Shown here: one piece after another, positions 56,958 through 64,000 of the stretch
Numbering within the stretch: position 1 is the first letter of the stretch
How the letters are laid out: each line of letters opens with the position of its first letter
From: Convolutriloba macropyga
Taxonomy: Eukaryota
Direction: 5' to 3'
NCBI RefSeq assembly: GCF_964194025.1
Contig: NC_134472.1
Location: 64,914,001 to 64,978,000 of the forward strand
Length of the DNA stretch: 64,000 bases
Notes under the pieces: generated by a model
The model's input: the letters and a program-made list of their open reading frames with translations, nothing else
Databases searched by the model: none
What the model was told of the DNA's origin: nothing
Position numbers and translations under genes: made by a program

Positions 56958-59466
56958 CTTGTTTAAAAGAAAATATCAAAATGTTTTTTACTTACCTTCT
57001 TCTATTGTAAAAGATTCTATGTCACATTATGTACTAAATAGTACTTCGTTTTGAAAAAACCGTTTCTGAAATTATAACTATTCCTTTTTTTGTGCATAGG
57101 AGATTTTTCTTGCTTTTCTTCTGCACATAATTTCTTATGATTTACTAATGCAAATTCTGGAATAAGTTGCTTAGGAGCGGAAACAGGGCAGTAATTTTTC
57201 CTTTGAATTATTAAATATAGTAGACATAATAGTGCACAATAATTTCCTCAAATAACACATAACACAAAATTACGTCCTTCAAAAATATGATGTGTTCTAA
57301 ATATTGTTCCTATAGTTCTTTTGTCTTTTACAACTTCACATATATTAAAATTGAGTAATCTATGAAAACTCTTCATTTGGTTTTTGTTTGTGGAGTGTCA
57401 AATTTTGTTTGATAACAGGAGAAATAAATAATTGGGAATTGGACCTAAAAGAAAGCTGTTAGGTCCAGCTGATTTATAATGTCCAGCTGATTTATGATCT
57501 CTTGTTTTTGTTGAGCAACTTTATCTCTGTGTATTTTAGTAGTGTAGTGTTTATTCTTTCGGTAAAATTTTGAAAAAAATTATTTTTATTTTTTAAATTT
57601 AAAATGAAGTTAATTGAATTAATGCTTTATAAAAATTGATGTTTATTAATATACCTGTAAAATAGTTTCACTGATTGAGTAAGTCTTTTTGAAATTTGTA
57701 AAGTTAGGCTGAGAATTGCTTTTGTTCAAGCTAGATCGGACAAGTTATTTTTCTCGAGACGTTAGCTTCTTAAACTGTATATCTGATATTCTTTCACTAG
57801 AGCCATTGAGGAGAGAACACAAAACTTCCTGATCAAATGATAAAATGGGAAAAGGAATGTTACTTCTTATTTATTAATAACGGAAATAATGTGTGTTTTA
57901 CATGTAATTATTTGCAATTTTTTGTATAATAATTATTGTAAAAAAAGGAATGCAGCTGAGTGAAGCGTCCGCTGGATTCCTATAATTACCATTACTCATG
58001 AGATGTTTCGATGCAGTAAAAATTGAACTCATGATATCCTTTATAATGTTCTTTGAGAAGGTAGAATGATCTAAACCCTGTTTTTACAGTCGTGTATAGC
58101 AGCCATGAGTTTATTCATCAGGGAATAGGAGCAAGTTGTTGGCAAACTACTTATGTTTAAAGTTGATAACTAACTCAGCTTTATCTTGCTAAACAATTCA
58201 TTAATTGATATAGCAGCATAGTTTCATTTGGAACCACACATCCGAGTCTTCGCTCTAACCCAAACGCAATCAGGTTATAAATTTATTGGGGGGACTCTGT
58301 GGCACCCCCTTTTGATTAAATTTTAATTGAATCTGGTGGCAACAGAAACTGATGAAATTTCAGCGGAGCTTCTTAAGTTAACAAACAATTACTACAGTTG
58401 ACAACTTGGAATCTCCATCTGGTCCAAAGTTTTATTATTATAGTTATAATTATTGATTGAAACTAGCAAATTTCAATTGGTTTTGTTTCATATTCTTATG
58501 TGAGATTTTTTATCTTATGTAAAATTGTAAACTATTGTTATCTAAGTAAGAGAAACTAAACCCAAGTCCGTATATTGGTTTTAAGACAACATAAACAAAA
58601 TCAAACACTTTCAATTTACTTTGCTTTGATTTTAAAAAATCCAATAGAATTAAATTTATCCTTCTTAATGGCATTGGTGCATTACTAAAGGTGACAACTC
58701 AATTTGTGATTTCTGGGTATATATGTTGGTTTAATACAATTTCTAATGTTTTTGCATTCATTACACTTTCAAATGTTTTTGCAGAGAATGCCTTACTCAT
58801 TAATTTACAGAAAAAACCATCTAGTTGATCATCGTAAGCTTTTTTCTTCATTAAATTTTCTATTCATTTTGCATAGAATGCATTACTCAACAACTTATAG
58901 AAAAAAAACACCTAATTGGTCACCTTTAACTTTTTTTAAGTATTACTCTTAATATGATTGAGGTAATTTGTTTTGCTCATAACTAATCTTTTTAGGGACA
59001 ATTATATCTTCAAATTTTAGCCCATTATTTAAATATCAACCCAACATTCCCCGTTCAGTTCCATAGATGCTTATTTTCGTTTCGTGCTAACATTAAATTT
59101 GTGTATGGTTTATACTTTTTAGGTTTATTATTTATTCGATAATGTGTGATTTTTTTGTATTAGCACCTGTGTTTTCTGGGAAGAAAGGGAATACTTCAGT
59201 CTATTGATTTATATGAGTTTTCCATATTTGAAAAAAAAAATTTTTGCTGTACATTGGTCGTCAGTAGACCTAATTGAACTAACTTCCTACTCTTAGTTCA
59301 TACTCTAAAATATAAAATCACCCGTAGGTAAATCTTCAACCACATAAGATAGACGCAATGAAATGAAGTCATAGTATAATAGATAGTCTTTTTCAATGTT
59401 CTTTTGTTTAACTAATCTGATCATCTTTATCGTAATCTTCAATTAAGTCTTCACAATCTTCACACA

Positions 59467-59666
59467 NNNNNNNNNNNNNNNNNNNNNNNNNNNNNNNNNN
59501 NNNNNNNNNNNNNNNNNNNNNNNNNNNNNNNNNNNNNNNNNNNNNNNNNNNNNNNNNNNNNNNNNNNNNNNNNNNNNNNNNNNNNNNNNNNNNNNNNNNN
59601 NNNNNNNNNNNNNNNNNNNNNNNNNNNNNNNNNNNNNNNNNNNNNNNNNNNNNNNNNNNNNNNNNN
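59467..59666. other. Assembly gap (200 N)
   Basis: Run of N. Confidence 1.
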
Positions 59667-59764
59667 GATGGAGTGCATCCAAATCCGCAAGATATTCGGG
59701 AGTTGACGTCTGATTTTCGGTATGCTTTCAAGCAGATTAAACAGTGGCATTTTTAAAGCAAGCA

Positions 59765-60226
59765 TGGTTTTATCAGATTTTAATTCAGCAGTTGTGAGAA
59801 TTGCTCGGTTAGAGCAGAAGTTTGACGTTCGATTAAATGCTCGGTTAGAGCAGAATACTTACAGTTTTTAGGCTCGGTTTTATCAGATTTTAACTCAGTA
59901 GTTGTGAAAATGCTCGGTTAGAGCAGAAGCTTGTCCTCCGATTGAATGCTCGGTTAGAGCAGAATACTTACAGTTTTGAGGCTCGGTTAGAGCAGAAGAC
60001 ATTCGGTGAAAAACATTGGTTAGAGCGGAAGTTATGTTAATTGTTCTAATTTGGGATCATGTATATTATTGGAGAAGAAAGAAGATATTCTATTTGATCT
60101 GCTTTGGAAACATGTCTATGCTCGGATAGAGCGGAAGTTATTCTAATTGTTCTTCTTTTGGAACGATATCTATGCTCGGATAGAGCGGAAATCTAGATGA
60201 GATCATGAATCCAACCTACCTCTGTG
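59765..60226 (-). mobile_element. Probable end of a second CACTA-like element: subterminal repeats plus CACAG terminus
   Basis: About 8-10 copies of GCTCGG(T/A)TAGAGC(A/G)GAA and variants, ending with ...CCTACCTCTGTG at 60226 (CACAGAGGTAGG on the minus strand). The other end was not found. Confidence 0.5.
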
Positions 60227-60849
60227 TCCAGAAGAGGTGGAGAAACAAGACCCTCTACTACTGTATACCATGAGTTTATCACACCTTTTTTAATCAGCAC
60301 TGTTAAATTGTGATGACTCGCTCTATAGTTACGGCGACATTGGTTCGAGATATGCAGCTGTGGTAATCGCAACGAGAGTTGATGGAGAACATTACCACAC
60401 AGCTGTGGCCGTCTCGAAGTTGTTCAACAACTCGGCTGCGCGGCGTAGTTTGTAACTTCTCGATAGCGATAACAGACGTGTGGAAATATTCATTATTAAG
60501 CTAATTTACGCAAATGCGAGGAGACTTATTTAAGACATAGCGCGTTAAGTTATCAGAGTTCCTTAGAGCACACTGCTAACTGTTATTGGAACTAATCTTA
60601 ATGTCCTCCTAGTAAGAGGCTGCATTAAGCTTAATTGCTCTAAAAACGAGCTAAACATAGCTTTTCGAGGGAATTGAGTTCTGTTAGCGCTAATGGGCCT
60701 ATTCTGTTTCTTTTGACGCTTTTGACTTTTCGTCCTCAAAAACGGGATAAACCGGTACCGACCAGCAGCGGGACATTAAGTGCTCTTAAAGCCTTGCAGC
60801 TGAAACTGTTTGGGAGACTTACACTTATGGTGTGAGGGGCGGTTCTTAG

Positions 60850-61002
60850 AGGTTGAAGACCCCTGCACTGTTGACGCCCACCCCCACTATTGCCGGCGTC
60901 CCCCCGCGCTGTTACCCCCCCCCCCCCACCACCACCCCCACACACCACTGTTGTCCACCACCTCCCGTCATCAGCCCTCTTTGCACCCCCCCCCCCCCGT
61001 TT
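60850..61002 (-). repeat. C-rich tract (G-quadruplex potential on the minus strand)
   Basis: Multiple runs of 4 or more C in about 150 bp. Similar G-tracts at 14011-14040, about 35977-35990 and about 47373-47388. Confidence 0.6.
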
Positions 61003-61094
61003 CTAGCTACTGACAAACAACCGCTAGCTAAAAACGCATATTTATACTACTTTGAAAAAAAGCTTTTTGAAAATTTTGACATTTTTTGATTTTT

Positions 61095-61990
61095 ATCAGC
61101 CCTAAATGTCAAGGAACCTCCTCTAGTTTAGAATAAAGTGGTAATGGAAGAATGGTTTCAACATTTTCACATCACGAATTTAAGCATTTTTTTCACAAAA
61201 CGTGCACAATTTTTTCAAAATTGACATTTTTTTTCCTTATTCAGGTCTTTCCAGACCCAGGGCCCAGAAAATCTCCTAAGGGTTTTGATAATAAGTTACT
61301 GACAAGTTTTTTTTGGCCATGGTATAGTTTTTCAACTTTTTAATGTCACACATTTTAGCAATTTTTTGATAAAACTTTTTTTTCAAGTTTTTTAAATTGT
61401 TATTTTTTAAATGTTTTGCACTCTCAAAAGCCAAGGAACCTCTTCTGGAGTTTGAAAATAGGTTATTGTATAATTTCTAGATGTAATGGAATGTCTTGCA
61501 AGATTTTAACATCACGAATTTTAGCATTTTTTTTGACAATTTTTGCCATTTTTTTTAATTTTTGGCGTAGTGATTATTCAGGTTTTTTGAGCCTCAAGGG
61601 TGAGAAAACCTCTGTTAGGGTTCGATAATAGGTTACTGGAAAAATTTTGTTGGTCATGGATAAATTTTAGACTTTAATATCACAAGTTTTGGCAATACTT
61701 TATGAAACTTGAAATTTTTTCAAGTTTTTTTGAAGTTTTTTTTGGCATTTTTCAAGGTTTCTCCAGGCTCAAAGCCACAGAACTTCCTCCAGGGTTAGAT
61801 AATATGTTCCTTCATAGTTTATAGATGTAATGGAATCTATTTCAGCATTTTAATTTCACGAATTTGAAGAACTTTTTTAAAGTATTTGCAATTTTTTCAT
61901 GTTTTTGAACGTGTTCCTGGGACCTCACCCAACGTTTAATGATAAGCTGCTGCATAGTTTCTAGTGTTAATGGAATGGTGATAATTATTT
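61095..61990. repeat. Diverged ~320-340-bp tandem units
   Basis: AA(G/T)(C/G)(C/T)CAAGGAACCTC...GTAATGGAA...CATCACGAATTT recurs at about 61105, 61427 and 61770. Confidence 0.65.
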
Positions 61991-62068
61991 TTTATGACTC
62001 CAATTTTAATAAATTGTGGATGAAAATTAAAATTTTGTTTTTTTTGTCGTGTTCCAAGTGTATGGATC

Positions 62069-62091
62069 NNNNNNNNNNNNNNNNNNNNNNN
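62069..62091. other. Assembly gap (23 N)
   Basis: Run of N. Confidence 1.
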
Positions 62092-62820
62092 TAGGCCAGA
62101 CCATTGTCCAGACCGTAGGCCAGACCATCCGCCAGACCGTTGTCCAGACCATTGGCCAGACCGAACAGATCCTAGGCCAGACTATTAGCCAGACTCATAT
62201 AAACGTGTATAAGCATCCAATAAAATTTATAATTTTTTCGTTTCATTTTTTTGAATGACAAATGAATATGAAATTTTGAAGAGAAATTTTTGAAAAAAAC
62301 CGTCGATTTAAAGACAAAGGCAAATTTCAAACGAAGGTTAATGAAGTATTCTAAACATCTAGAAGTAGATGTCCTTTACCATATAGGGGCTGCTATTTTG
62401 AAAAACAGCCAATACAGCGCTCATTTATACAATTTGGCTCTTATTTGGCTGGACCTCTAGGCCTTGAAATTAGGTACTGGCCAGATCGAACAGACCGAAA
62501 TATGGGTATTGGCCAGACTGAACAAACAGAAATATGGGTGTTGGCCAGACCGAACAGACCAAAATATGGGTATTGGCCAGAACGAACAGACCGAAATTTA
62601 GGTATTGGCCAGACCGAAAAGGCCGAAATTTGGGTATTGATCAGACCGAACAGACCAAAATATGGGTATTGGCCAGACCGAACAGACCGAAATATGGGTA
62701 TTGGTCAGACTGAACAGATCGAAATATTGGTATTGGCCAGACCGAACAGACCGAAATATGGGTATTCGCCAGACCAAACAGACTAAAATTGCCATTGGCC
62801 AGACGGAAGGGGCCAGACCT
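62092..62820. repeat. GGCCAGACC-based minisatellites (12-bp units, then ~10-11 x 32-bp units)
   Basis: GGCCAGACCGAACAGACCGAAATATGGGTATT is repeated head-to-tail from about 62479 to 62800. Shorter (G/T)CCAGACC-core 12-mers at 62093-62195. Confidence 0.9.
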
Positions 62821-64000
62821 TTTTTTTCTACATATTGTAATAATGTAATAATTTTTTTAACATGAATGTAAGCGGACATTGGGAACATATAGAATCTGGA
62901 AAAGTGTAAATTGAAATTATAAAAAAGATATAAAAATGAAGGGCTACTAAATTATTTTGAGAAAATGCTGACATATGGATTTGAAAAATCAATCGAAGTC
63001 AAAGTTTTGGGAACATTTTTATAAAAAACAATCGCGAAGAAGCTAATTGAGATCTACTGTTCTTTAACGGAATCGCAAAAGTAACCTCAAAAAGTAACCA
63101 TTTTGTCTGTCTACTTAGGTCGATATGTATTATGTTATCTAAACAGAACAACTAACTCCAACGCGCTTTCTACGGTAAATTACTGAATGTTAAATTGAAT
63201 CTACCGGTTAAACTGAATGTTGTGTTTAACCGGTAGGATCTTGCAAATTAGCCATTCGTCATGCAAGTTCTTACATGTTAACCTTTTGACTTGCAAGTTC
63301 TTTCAAGTTAACTATCTCTTGCACGAAAAAATTTTTTCCAGACCATTGTGGACGGTCGCACCGGACCCCCCTGTCCGCGACCCAAGTCGGTCTGGCCAAT
63401 ACCTGTCTTGGGTCGAGGACCTCATCCTGGGAAGGCTCCAATACCTCAAGCTTTTCTGCTTCGCGTAGTGGTCTAAATTTATGATTCAAAAGGTTCAAAT
63501 GCCATGCAGCAGCCAGCAACTTACCGGGCAGTCAATCTTTTCGCGTTCTAGCTTACTCGTGGATATATAACGAATGGTTGAGGTAAGTTAGCACCCCTTA
63601 TCTTCACGCAGTAGAAATTCAATTTCTGATGCAATATGACCTCAACTTGAAAACAAATTTTGAATATTTTTTACTGTTGATTCCGTACAGTAGTCGTCTC
63701 GTCTACATATTAAAATCAAACAAAGAAAAAAAAAGTGAAATCCCAATTTAAAGCTGACGAACTCCATCAAAACTTGGAATTAAAAATTGATACTATACCA
63801 ACGTGATCATATTGGTAAACAACCTGTTCAACTCAATTTTAAGTTTGATCTTGGAGTCGATGATTTCAATTTCAATTCACTAGATTTAACTATAGGGATC
63901 ATGAGTGTTAGTAGTAATGGTAGTAGGATGCTTTGTTTAGTCAGCTAGTTTGACTTAAGGTCATTTCAGTTTTTGAATTTAGTATGCTGACTGATTCTTG

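Noticed and set aside
60736-61089. Gly-rich and Pro-rich ORFs
   Set aside because: Produced by C/G homopolymer tracts, with no other coding evidence.
62445-62888. CRISPR-like regular 32-bp repeats and repetitive ORFs
   Set aside because: Units are head-to-tail with no unique spacers, there are no cas genes, and the context is eukaryotic. The ORFs are by-products of the minisatellite.
63271-63519. GC-richer 82-aa minus-strand ORF
   Set aside because: No recognisable motif or convincing splice sites, and it overlaps short TGCAAG repeats. Probably a TE fragment.

Overview
AT-rich eukaryotic (animal-like) genomic DNA with spliceosomal introns, many transposon relics and two N gaps. No prokaryotic features such as CRISPR arrays, operons or rRNA. 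The main host gene lies on the minus strand at about 22.7-51.6 kb. GT-AG junctions with matching phases join five exons (51587-51426, 47030-44264, 43970-43510, 43051-42980, 35717-22737) into one frame of about 5,480 aa. The last exon alone has 12,981 coding nt. The protein is acidic, Ser-rich and probably mostly disordered, with recurring short motifs. It ends in a basic patch, one transmembrane helix and a 27-aa tail (SEDY...C...LHLEHSNERPT) that looks like a divergent KASH peptide, suggesting a giant nesprin-like LINC-complex protein with no spectrin repeats or CH domains that I can see. Around it are: the right part of a CACTA/EnSpm-type transposon with an uninterrupted transposase frame, a small coiled-coil ORF and a ~175-bp subterminal array; a BEL/Pao relic; a ~3-kb Helentron-type (HINE/DINE-1-like) element; a MITE with an ACA target-site duplication; a split CAP/SCP-like gene fragment; a Penelope-like relic with an apparent PHD finger inside its RT; a LINE RT relic; an intronic tandem duplication; and several minisatellites. 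All family calls come from reading motifs by eye; no searches were run.
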